A stretch of 62,759 nt of DNA, filler included, from Choristocarpus tenellus KU-1152 (Eukaryota; Protista; Phaeophyceae), in NCBI GenBank assembly GCA_964200185.2. It is 13 parts of 13 records of this genome, joined end to end, with 100 filler letters (N's around TTAATTAATTAA, not from the genome) between each part and the next. Parts side by side here need not be neighbours in the genome. Positions count along the whole stretch, not along the records: positions 20,350 to 26,527 come from CAXNAD020008752.1; positions 26,628 to 35,462 come from CAXNAD020004275.1; positions 35,563 to 40,010 come from CAXNAD020014504.1; 10 more parts are not named here. One strand, given 5' to 3'. Below the pieces are notes generated by a model. The model had not been told where the DNA came from. It worked only from the letters and a program-made list of their open reading frames with translations, and ran no database searches. Both the position numbers and the translations under genes were made by a program. How positions within the stretch are numbered: the first letter of the stretch is position 1; each line of letters begins with the position of its first letter. Positions 24,886 to 36,178 of this stretch are shown here, piece after piece.

Positions 24886-25340
24886 GTGAGGGTGTTTGGA
24901 TCAAGGGACGTACAGGGTTGGAGGATGAACAACACCTTGTCAGTGCTGGTAAAGACTAATGATGACTAGCTAGTGTGTGTGTATTGATATTGGAAACAGG
25001 GAAAAAGGTGGTGCTCTCAGAAGATTCGTGCTCCTGTTGTGTAGAGGTGGTGGGGTAGTGAGGTGGCGAAATGTGTTTACATGCAAAGTATGAGTGCGCT
25101 TGCAGCTACCTCTATGAATGAACCACAACTGAATTGAAATACGTGTTACCTCTCTAACCATCACCAACAGTTTCAACAATATTCACAAGTCCATTCCATT
25201 AATGCATCACCAACAACACTGACATAAGTATGTAGAAAAAACGTTGGGTTCACACACACAAGCAACACGGCAAGGTCCAATATTTCATTAATACACCTCC
25301 GAGGCAAAAGGTGACAGAACACACGTATAGATGCACTCGC

Positions 25341-25580
25341 CTGTGGGCGCAGTACTCCGTCTTCCGTGTGTGTTCCCGCCTCTGCAAGCTGTGCCTTGAG
25401 CATTTCCCTGGTGAGGCCATCAAAACTGACTGTAAGCTCCTCCTCGTCCTCTTCATCCTCTCCATTTCCGTAAAAGTCCGCAATATTGATTTTGGAAGGT
25501 CGCTTGGCCTGCTTGAGAGGACGGGGAGGGATAGCGTTGAGCACAAATCAACAATCAACGAGGGCGTAGAGTCTTTGATT
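25341..25580 (-). CDS. Candidate exon with acidic tract, in-frame TGA and GC donor; unknown protein or pseudogene
   Basis: LYALVDC*FVLNAIPPRPLKQAKRPSKINIADFYGNGEDEEDEEELTVSFDGLTREMLKAQLAEAGTHTEDGVLRPQ ending CAG|GCGAGT. Confidence 0.3.
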
Positions 25581-26321
25581 GCTTGGTTGGTTGATGTCTT
25601 GGGTTTCGGTGCAAGGTCAAGTGGGATGCATGGGTGGACGCATCATCAGAACTCAGCAGTTTTTTTTTTGTAGCAACCCTAACCCTAAAACCTTCTTGGT
25701 CACCTTAGCTGCTGCAAAGCACCTTACATCTATCAACATCTATCAACCAAGATAGTTGAAGCTACCAATCACTACAATCATAGCAAGGGATGAGTAACAC
25801 TGCTATCAACTACATACGTACGTAGATACGCTTGGAATGACTCCCATTAATAGTAACACCCTTTTCTTATTCAATACTAACTGCTCTTTTTACATGAATA
25901 CTTTGTTGCTTATAATATATTTTCAAGTAAAACAAAACAACCGCACTGCTCTCTATGAAAACCGTACAAAACAGGTAACAAAGATCCTTGCACCATTTGT
26001 GAAACTCCAATACCCCAATACCCATCACAAAACTGGCGTGTTTATACAGTACAGCCACCATGATATCCAGCAATCGACTATACCACCCCTCCCTACATCA
26101 AGATTCAAATAACACGGAACATAGTTAGGACCAGGCCCAAGAAACACCCTAACCCTAACCCTAAAACTCCAACCAATGTAAAAGCAACTCTAATCAACCC
26201 AATTGCACCATTCTGTTCTATGTGCAATATTATAATCATCAAACTTTCTGTAATGCAACTCACATGATTTTGCTTCACCGGAGTCACCACGACCTTGTTT
26301 CCTTCCCCTCCCCCAACTGCC

Positions 26322-26430
26322 ACAGCAACAGCAACAGCAGTAGCAGCAGCAGTAGCAGCAGCAGTAGCAGCAGCAGTAGCTGTAGCCGTAGCAGTAGCCA
26401 TAGCTGTAGGCATAGCATTAGCAGCAGCAC
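26322..26430 (+). repeat. (GCA/GTA)n trinucleotide microsatellite
   Basis: Imperfect AGC/AGT repeats. Confidence 0.85.
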
Positions 26431-26627
26431 CTGCATTCCCTGCACTCCCGCCCCCCCCCCTTCTCAGGCGCTCAAAAGTAGCAATTCTCGCCAGAACCCC
26501 CTCATCCTCAAAGACAGACCTTCCCCCNNNNNNNNNNNNNNNNNNNNNNNNNNNNNNNNNNNNNNNNNNNNTTAATTAATTAANNNNNNNNNNNNNNNNN
26601 NNNNNNNNNNNNNNNNNNNNNNNNNNN

Positions 26628-26845
26628 CTTTCATAACGTATACATTTTACCTACTCCAAAACATTTTGGAGTCGGAAAATGTCATAAGAAACCCCATGGG
26701 AAGCCAAGCCCCCCAAAAGTATGCATTTTACCTACTACGAAACATTTTGGAGTCGGAAAATCTCATTAAAAAAAACCCAAGGGAAGCCAAGCCCCACAAA
26801 TGAACAAACAGGGAAAAATTCGTACCCTCTAAGATAGGTTCACTC
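26628..26845 (+). mobile_element. MITE family A, right part with internal tandem duplication
   Basis: The hairpin plus GGGAAGCCAAGCCCC block occurs twice. It ends TACCCTCTAAGATAGGTTCACTC. Confidence 0.82.
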
Positions 26846-27711
26846 GAGAATCCCACAGAGTTGTGCCCTTCCTTTTACCAGCTACAAATCTTGGAGCCGG
26901 CCCTGAGCGACCAAACAAGTATGCCAGTATTGAGCAAGTAAGTGTGATATGCCATATGTTGCCATTTGTCTGAGGCAACACCTTGTATTTTTGGGAGGAG
27001 ATAATCAAGGGGTCATGGTTGATCTTGTTCCGTATCTCATATTCTCCTGACTCTCCTGGGGCTTGGCCTGATCTTCCTTTTGAGTCTTCTACACAATGCG
27101 CAAGTTGTTTATTACCCCTCCAACCTTGCAAGAGCGTATTTGACATAACCGTATTCAATATCCTGACCTGTGCAAAAATACAATAACACCTCTTATTTCA
27201 CCAAGTGATGCTCCACAAGCACTTCATTCTCAAATTCAACACCACTCTCCGCCACAATAGGTTTAGGAATAGTTGTCTTGCATGCAGGAGTGCAGCACAT
27301 ATGATTATGGTGAGAAAGGACGATATCTCCACCAGTCAATCACAATATTTCACTATCATTCATATATGGTACATATACATCTCCGCCTTCCCAGACAAAA
27401 ACCCATACTGCCTTACGCCACCTACAGTATTTTATGAGAAGAATAGCACAGTTCTGTATTTGTGCCTTTCAATAGTGAGTGATGCAGGAGAGTGTGGAGT
27501 AGTGTTGCACCGTCCTTTATTGCTTTGGGTTGTGTTGCAAGTGACTACAACTTCCAACATAGTACTTCATCACAAGCTACTTCTGGTACAGAGTGAATCT
27601 ATATTGAAGAGGAAATGAGAGTAGGAACCGTTAGCATTGCAGCATGATGAATCCTTCTACAGAATGGACCCCTCCCAGCCTGATATCTTCGACAACACAA
27701 AAGTAATGCAG

Positions 27712-29941
27712 GTATCTCGTGTGCTTGGCTCAAGAGTCGAGATTGCATGTGGGACGCCTGTTGACATCTGGGCTCTAGGAGTTACCCTGAGCATACTGGC
27801 CACACCGGTGGGTGGGCAATCTCTGCCCATATTCCCTGAATACGGTAGGCAGCCTGATGAGGCAGATGACACAGGTGCGGCAGTCCCTTCCCTCAGTGGG
27901 TGTACAGGCGAGGGTGCCACACCAGTAAGCCAGGGGGCAGGGGATAGTTTTGGCTTATCTTCTGACTGCGGGGAGAGGTCAAATGAGCCGCGTGACACTG
28001 GAGATGTACCTTGTTCGTCCAATGGGGAGAGCACACGCAAGTTTGCTGAGGTAAGAGTTGTCTTGAAGTGTCATGATGGATACAGTTTCCTTTCTGTGAC
28101 TAATGAGGCCATTGCCTTGCTTTTTATCGATGCATATCATGTGTTTGGGTGCAAGGGTGTCACACACCCAACAAAATTCTTCTTGACAATTAGTGCAAAT
28201 CATTGCTCTTTTGAAACTTGTGTCGGTTCTTTTCATCCATCCACAGTTGTATTCATATTAGGAACAGCAGTACACCACAGAGAGAGCAGCCGTTAATTTT
28301 GGTGTAGGTTATGATAAAGGGTCTACTCTTGGAGGATAGTCCCTTCCATCGAATTGACCCACATCATTCTGAGTTAGGGTATAGCAAGGAGAAGGAGCAT
28401 TTTCTTTGTACTTGCCAACCCATCAGCCGGTTAACAAGTCCCAGAATTGAACCATTAACACATGAAACTGAAGTGCATTCTCCTGTCCCTTCAGCTCTGG
28501 TGCAAGGAACACTATTTCTTCTTAGCTCAAGTTGAGATGCACTACGTAGAGTATTTAGATGCAACCAGTAGTAATTAGATGCAAGTACATGTGGTGGGCA
28601 CAGATGCCACCCAACGCCCACTTGGTTGTTGCTGAGCGTGCACCTTTGTTGACTTGTGGAAATTCCCTGCATGCTGGATGCATTACAATCGAGATCCGGA
28701 TAGAGTGAGCTTTCTAGTGCTGTCGCCATATGATAGAATGGATGACACAAAAGCTAAAATCTGGGTACAGGGAAATCAGTCAGTTCTGCAGGTAGACTTT
28801 ACTAAGGGGTTTCGAAATCATTATATAATAGAATAGTGCTATTGCTATTTCCCATTGCCCTTGTCAATGAGTAATATATGTCCCTTCCCCCCCTGCCATT
28901 TACCATATAGTATGTAGAAGATTCTCTGGCATGAACACAGATGGCTGTACGCTTTGTACTATGTCAAATATTCCTCTGAAACACATTTTGTAGTTTGAAG
29001 TAACACATATTAGCATGCCAGAATGACTTCCTCATCTGCATAGCATGTGATTTGTGTCGGGACTGACATGGCGATGCGGCAGAGTCCCTGCAACATACTC
29101 GCAGAGGTAGTAAGAATTTGTTTGGTAATTTCCCTGAATCCTATCCAATTCTAGTGAATCACCTGAATACTGCTACACCAAGTAAGGCATGATCCCCAGA
29201 CCAGCTAACTGCACGTCCCGGTAGACGTTCAAGCCAACAGTCCATCACCTTGTCGGTGTAGAATGCTCTTATGCAATGATACCCCAATCAAGCTGTGTTG
29301 GTGATTGAGACTGACACATTCACTGTTCCATCCTTTTGCAAAGGGAGCTACTCCACCTCTTCCATGTTCAGGCGGGGCTCTATGTCCTGCCAGACAGTAT
29401 GTCATATGATCTGACTTTGTTGATCCACAAGGTGAAGATGTTGGTCGTATGAATGTCAAGACCTCTACCCAACGGACAAATCAAACTGTGCCATATGAGT
29501 TGTTTAAGGGGCAGGGGTTCCTGGTAAGCAATTGGCTTCAGTTTCATGACATGTAGATGCTGATGGAGATAGTCAGCCATTCCTTGCATTGCATGTATGT
29601 GCCCATGCGTATGCCTCCAGTTGTTTCATCCCAGGGTGGATACGGTACTGTGAAGTATCTCTTCCTCAGACTATGTAGTTCTTTCGTCTACTTCCATTGA
29701 TGAATTACGTCTTCCTGTGGGCTACAAGCAACACTTCCCCTTTCTACATTACATCTGTATCTCAATAACTTCCTCGCTAGTGTCCGATCTTTCTATTCCC
29801 TCACACCAGTAGTGAAATTTCCTCTCTTTTTCACCCTTCTACACCTTACCGATAAAATTCTTTTTGCAGACGCTTGTGGCCAGTCCAGAAGACCGCATCA
29901 CTGCTGAAGAGATGCTTTTCCTTCCCTTCTTGCAGCCCTAG
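27712..29941 (+). CDS. Ser/Thr protein kinase, 3' exons (27712-28050, terminal 29870-29941; probable internal exons from 28308 and ~29044-29106); partial
   Basis: A phase-0 exon CAG|...|GTAAGA carries subdomain IX (GTPVDIWALGVTL). The terminal exon TLVASPEDRITAEEMLFLPFLQP* matches subdomain XI (PxxRITAxExLxHPF). Confidence 0.78.
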
Positions 29942-30127
29942 ATGACTGCCATTTCCCAGCTAGCCACCTGCACGTTGCAGTGGGTGCACAGGGAGGAAGT
30001 AGGGTAAGGGTGTAGGGTGGGAGTTCCAGGGCTGTCGTGAGGCCTGCTGAACAGTGCCACCGAACGTTGATTGGATTGGTGATGTAGACCTCCATTCCAA
30101 GTTCTCAGCACATATTTTATAGTATTA

Positions 30128-30300
30128 ATAGGTAAAATATGACAGACAAAATGTGAGAGCATCCTATAGCGATGTTCCACGCTCTCATGAAGTGCATGAC
30201 TGTACACTACAACAATAGGTAAAATATGATAGACATTGAGTTAGAGTATCCCATAGCGATGTTCCGCACTCACATGAAGTGCATGGCTGTACACTAAAAC
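30128..30300 (+). repeat. ~85-bp tandem duplication
   Basis: AATAGGTAAAATATGA...ATAGCGATGTTCC...CATGAAGTGCATG.CTGTACACTA occurs twice. Confidence 0.85.
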
Positions 30301-31717
30301 AGCGAGAAAGTATTGAAGTATATATTTTGGTGAATCTATGGTTTGTATGTGGGATAGGAAAATAGGTTGGGCGTAATGTCCAATTGATACCCTCTAATGG
30401 CCTCCCTTTGTTAGTGGCTATGACCGTCCTTCCATAAAAGGTTGCACATCTCAAGTAGGTTAGGCGTTGGACTAAGGCAAACCTTTTGTTTGGAAAATTG
30501 ATCTAATTTGATCATACTACAAAATACATAGTCATGACCACATTTTCTTCACATCAACCTCGCTCCCATAAGGACTCCTATTGTGAACAAGCTCACAGCA
30601 AAAGGCATTTTATCGCTCCCTAGGTAGCCAAGCTAGAAAAGAGTGATGGAGGAGTTGTGCTAAGTAGACTCCTAGGGAGGAAGATGGTTGTTTGTGGAAG
30701 TATGTAAGCACTGGGTCAGCATCCCACTCACACTTCTGAACTCCTTCTTGATCTTGCGCTTCAAATTTTTCGTTCAATCCGGACATTGAAATTTTTTGTC
30801 ATTGTAGGGTAGGAGGCTCCTTGACAAGTTCTACTACATTTGCTGGGCACTTATATTTCCTCCCCCTCCGTGGTCGACCAAGATTTTCACATGTACGTAT
30901 TTGAAGCCCTAGCCATGTGACACAGTCGATGATCCTAAAGTATATAGCTATTGCTTACTATTGTTTTCCTCCTCCTACATGCTGTCTTTCTATGGAGGAA
31001 ATACAAGACATACTGAGACCTCATCTGCAGATTCAGTAAGAACGACTACCTCAGTTCCATAATGCATCGTACTGTATGAATAGGAGAAACAGTGTTGTCT
31101 TTCACTACCCTCAGGTGGTTCCAACATAACGACTGTAGTACATGTGTGCTTGCTCGGGAATTCCATGTTCTCAACGAACATTACCAACAGCTGGATCTCC
31201 TGCTCCGAGCATTATACATTGCATATCCTATACACTCCTGCATTTGACTTATCCCTAGTACAATTTCCAAGAGATATGATGATGTGGCAAGCATATGTAT
31301 CACATCCAGGAGGAGGTAATGCCAGTATAACACGGGTCAATGCTTTAACGTCCTAAACAACAAAGTATTTCCGTACGACGGACGTTGTTGACCGAAGTAC
31401 TCCACTACACTGTTACTGGACATTATGTAGATATGTACCCATCTATATCTATATGTATTAACATGTCTACCACATGTGGCAAGCTTGTACGAGACACATT
31501 TTTTTCTCCTGTGATTTCACTGTTGGGTACCATATCTTCTGAGAAAACAGAAGAGGTAACTCCTTGTCAAGATAAGAAAAATGTGCTTCCTGAAATGTTC
31601 ACAACCTTTCAGAGCCTGATATATAATTTGGATTGCTACGTTTTGCTCCCTACTGAAATACTTGGAAGTATCTGGCGATGGTGTCTACAACAAAGTGACT
31701 TTTATCAAACTTCGTTT

Positions 31718-31974
31718 GAGCCAAAGTATCTTAGAGGGTAGAGCCGCGTCTATTTGTGACCAAAATCGAATGTTGCGATTTTGATGTAATTTTGGCTATC
31801 GTGTTTGCTAGGAAATGTCAATATCCATGCTCCGGACACACCTTTTCATAACATGCACATTTTACCTACTCCTAAACATTTTAGAGTAGGAAAATGCCAT
31901 TAAAAAAACATGGGAAGCCAAGCCCCAAAGGGGCAAACAGGGCAAAACTCGTACCCTCTAAGATGCTTTCACTC
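31718..31974 (+). mobile_element. MITE family A, full 257-bp copy, TSD GTTT
   Basis: TIRs GAGCCAAAGTATCTTAGAGGGTA / TACCCTCTAAGATGCTTTCACTC, with GTTT on both flanks. Confidence 0.92.
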
Positions 31975-34900
31975 GTTTTTGACATGGCAGTAAGCATTTC
32001 AGCTATTTCCGTTTGGGGGACTTTCTTATCATCAAAATACCCTCGTGACTCAGTGTCTCCCTTCCCTTTCTTCTCTTTGTAGGATATATATTGAGATGTG
32101 ATGGATTGGATGGACTGGTGTGGCATTGGGAGTTCTATATTTTCCCCTTCTTTTCCATAGGACTTGGCAATGTGTCAATGGTACTGCCACATATGATCTC
32201 AAGTTATGTATTAGTACATCAAATACGTTACATACATATATAATACATATATATATATGTTTTGGTAGATACTTTGAGGTGTTCTTGTCTGTCCTACGAT
32301 ATTGTTTTTTCTTCTTTCATTGATTTTCATGTTTTTTATTTTTTATTTTCTGTAATACTTTTTTGTATGTTTTCAAGACGAGTACCTCGTCTTCTAACCA
32401 GATTTCATCCATGTGATCAGAGATGTGAAGATTTTATGTAGAGATGAGTAGGAATATTGATATGATAGAGGTATGTTGACAGTACAGGAATTGAAAAAAA
32501 TAGTAAAATAGTAGTAGGTTGAGGAGTATGTTCCTTTAATAAATTTCGTTGGTACGAACCCCATCCAAGCCAAACTTCTTTTCATGGAAATGTGGTGTCA
32601 ATTATCCACTATCCAAATTTCCATAGAGAACCTGTAGAAGGTTGCTAACCTATCTGCCCAGACCTCTGATATAATAGTTTTGTGAACCGCGAATATTACA
32701 CATCAGGTGAAAAAAAAATTCATATGAACCATGTGTCGAGTGTTGGACTTCTGGAGGGATGTTTACCACTTGTCACAATCAACCTGCACAAGCCACAATC
32801 AAGTTCAGAAGATAGTAAAGCTCATCAATGACCCTCGCTGCATACTTACCACATGTGAGGATACGACGACCACAATTGCAACTTCACCATTGCAACACAT
32901 CTCTACACAACATCTTCAACCTGGCTACCCGAACATTTGGTCCTGTCCTGTGAACCTATGGATCCACCCAATCATTTTGCAAAAGAGGTGCCACATTAAG
33001 ATACGTTCATTCGTCAATGTAGGACTCACTACCAGCGTCTGTTTCAAAACCTCAACTCCGACTTCAACCTTCAACCTTCAACATATTCCTTAACCAGCAC
33101 CTATCTATGTGTTAATCTCTGACTCTGTGTTGATACCTGATTTTTCCATCACCCCGTTGGAGATGACGATGACGAATCCACTTCTATGTGGGCTACCCAT
33201 TTCTAGGTTTGTTTTCGTTTTTTGTGTTAACCATGAGAATTAATGGTTTATAAATGAAATTGAATATTTCCAAGTGTGAGGTATCATAATCAATCCAATC
33301 CAATCCAATTGTCAACGCTGACCACTGAGTGGCACATAGCACTGCGAGGCAAAGGGGTCTCTTAGGCTCGAAATTTTGACTCACTACTTATACTCTTTCC
33401 TGTGCTCTTTTCCATCACCAGAAACGTGATCTCTCGAAATATCTCAGACCGACCATTGCTCATGTTTTGCTCAACGAAGGTCAAAGAGTATGTGATTGAA
33501 GGGTAGTAAAAGTGAAGAACGAAGATGGATTTGTCGTAATTGATACAGATGTGACTAGGAGCAAAAAATAATAGTTGGTATGGTTCAGAATTTTCGATGT
33601 ATCGCTAGAAACGGCACATACAAAAAGAGAACACGGGCAACAGAACCAACCAAACCAACCAAACCAAACATCATTACTTTGCAACTTTAAAGTACAAAAA
33701 ACACTAAGAAACAAAAATGTTTTTCTCGCTTTTACCGAGCTTGTTGTATCCCTTACAATACACTGATTTTGTTCTTTTTCCCTACACGACAAACCTAGCC
33801 TGTTATGCCTCCAGAACAATTTGGAACCCTCTGTTTGGGCCGTGATATGGTTCTTCTGTGCTGTGAAGAGATGGTCATTGTCATGATATGGTCAATTGGG
33901 CCTTGTAAGGTGATTTCAACTTGGGAACAACTTAATTGAGAAAAGCACAGGGATGCAGTTCTGAAGTATGAGGAGTCTCTGTAGTTCAGTCATGCACCAG
34001 CGCCTGAGGGTCTAACTGTCAAACAACAAACATGATATGACAAATCTTAAGACAGTGTTTCAAAAGGTGGTGGTGCATGTGGCAGGGGGAGGTGGGTAAG
34101 GGGAAGTTGAAGCAACACTTCATCAGGTTGGATTGCGATAGGTGTTCACTACTTAGATAAGAGGGAAGTGACAATACAACCTCCCCTGTGGTTGAAGTGT
34201 ATTGTTCTAATCCTCTATAAGCTGTCCACATTTCGCAGCCCAAAATCTTCATTCTTTCTCTTTTCTTTCATAGCCATATCATACTTTGAAGTAGTAAGAA
34301 TAACGTTTCGGAGGATAGAACATGCAAAGCACGATTTACACACACACACGTTTGTGGTAATATTAGCGACTATTTTGCCCTTCCACAATATGCTGAACTT
34401 GTTGTTTGGCCTCGCCCACCCCTCAACGGTTCGAAACGATATGTGAAAGAGATTTGGTTCTGTGAAGGAAGCTAGGTATAAAGGTTCGTTCATTTTGAAA
34501 TGATGGCAAAGAAGATGTCAAAATTGTATCAAGGGAAGGAAGCCTTAGAAGACAGAACTGTTTCAAGGATTTACGTTGTAAGGACGAAAGTGAAGGCGGT
34601 TTCCCTAGGATGGGGAAATGAAAGGGGTGGATGGTACAGGAAGACATATTGATCAACAAAGACAAGCAGCAAGAGACCTCAGAAGAGAGTGGGGGGCACT
34701 TGGCTGTAAGAGAGGAAAAGAGAGGAAAAGAGAGGACACATTAGTGCAATGGGATCTTTCCATCTTTAATTTTCTCAACTATTTTATTAAGGCTTCTTGG
34801 CATTTTTTTTTTGTTAATAGGGACCAGGGGGCACCTGGGCAACAGTCAGGGAGACCACGTGTTTAACCTTATAGAGTATCTATTCCGTTGAACTGTATGC

Positions 34901-35012
34901 TTGCTTAAATATTGTTTGTGGCCTAGCCTAAAAGGAAGTTAAGCTCGGTTTGCAACAGATCCATCCCAACTCTTCAAATTAGACCCCGAAACACTGAGTG
35001 AGGTCTTTCTTG

Positions 35013-35462
35013 GGCTCAAAGTATCTGAGGGGAGGGGGGTGGCTATCCATTCGGGGCCCATTTCTCCATGTCGCGATTTTTTGGTGATTTGGTTCATGCA
35101 ATTGGATGGATAATGCTGTCGATTAGACTCTTTCAACTCTATCGAACAGTTGTGGTAAACAATATATGAAGTAAGAGAACAAACATTAGTCATTAAGTTC
35201 ATCAGAACCTTTTGTTAGTGATTAGCAATATGAGAACTTTTCTCGTATAAAGGAAAATATTTCTATTTTTATGGGGTGCTGCATGCCCCACTTAGCTTTA
35301 ATCAATCACTCTACAGACATCTAGCAATCTCCCTGGGTTTATCACCTTTTTCTTTTGGATGATTTGGGCGATACTATAACAAATGTAAATGTACTTCTCC
35401 TGGTCAGGTCCCCAATGGACACCCTGGTGTAGACCCCCCCCCCCCCCCCCCCCCCCCCCCTC
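35013..35462 (+). mobile_element. MITE family B pieces (35013-35115 left half; ~35385-35462 right half), separated by unrelated sequence
   Basis: GGCTCAAAGTATCTGAGGGG...GGATGGATAATG and later ACTTCTCCTGGTCAGG..AATGGACACCCTGGTGTAGACCCC. Confidence 0.75.
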
Positions 35463-35562
35463 NNNNNNNNNNNNNNNNNNNNNNNNNNNNNNNNNNNNNN
35501 NNNNNNTTAATTAATTAANNNNNNNNNNNNNNNNNNNNNNNNNNNNNNNNNNNNNNNNNNNN

Positions 35563-35630
35563 CAAAAATCGCGACATGAAAAAATTGGCCCCAAATGGAC
35601 AGCCGCCCCCCCCCCCAGATACTTTGACCC
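35563..35630 (-). mobile_element. MITE family B left end
   Basis: CAAAAATCGCGACATGAAAAAATTGGCCCCAAATGGAC...CCCCAGATACTTTGACCC. Confidence 0.8.
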
Positions 35631-36037
35631 AAAGTGCGATTGATTTCCAGATGTCTGCTTTGCAACACCTCTAGTCCTGTTTGAGTAAATTGGATCCGCT
35701 CTGTTTTGTGTGATCCCTTTCTTAATTCCACACCTCTTTGGAAGATAGCTTCCGTTCACCATACCTTACCTTGACCCTAAGCGATTGTCCATATTACAAC
35801 TCCTTCCAAACACCTGTCAGATACATACAGTACTCGAATTATGGAGTGGAGCATGTGCAGGGTTGCAATGGCAGTGACACCCGGCCTCAACCTGAAAGTC
35901 CTCTTATGATCCTTGATTCTTTTGACCCTTTCCATCACTTTAGTGCTGGTTCTCTGGAACGATACAAGGCTTTCCTTTGGAGTAGATTCCAAGTTAAAAC
36001 AATAACGAGAAGTATGCCGAGGCTTCCATATGCAAAC

Positions 36038-36178
36038 CTTGTTCTTCCTGTGCGCCTCCAAGGTGTTAGGCCAGTGCTTGACGCGTTCATCAGACAACTG
36101 CTTTAGGTGTCGTCTCCTGGCATCAGCGTCTGTCTCAGGAACCTTTCGAACTTTGGCTCGGATACGATCAAGTTCCGT
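36038..36178 (-). CDS. CFAP210: Exon of cilia/flagella-associated protein CFAP210 (CCDC173)-like
   Basis: A 141-bp phase-0 exon (AAG|...|GTTTGC) encodes TELDRIRAKV...RRRHLKQLSDERVKHWPNTLEAHRKNK. The LxxxSxxRVKxWPNT motif is recalled as typical of the CFAP210 N-terminus. Confidence 0.68.

Noticed and set aside
26105-26579. Poly-Ala / poly-Ser ORFs
   Set aside because: These result from a trinucleotide microsatellite that is open in several frames.
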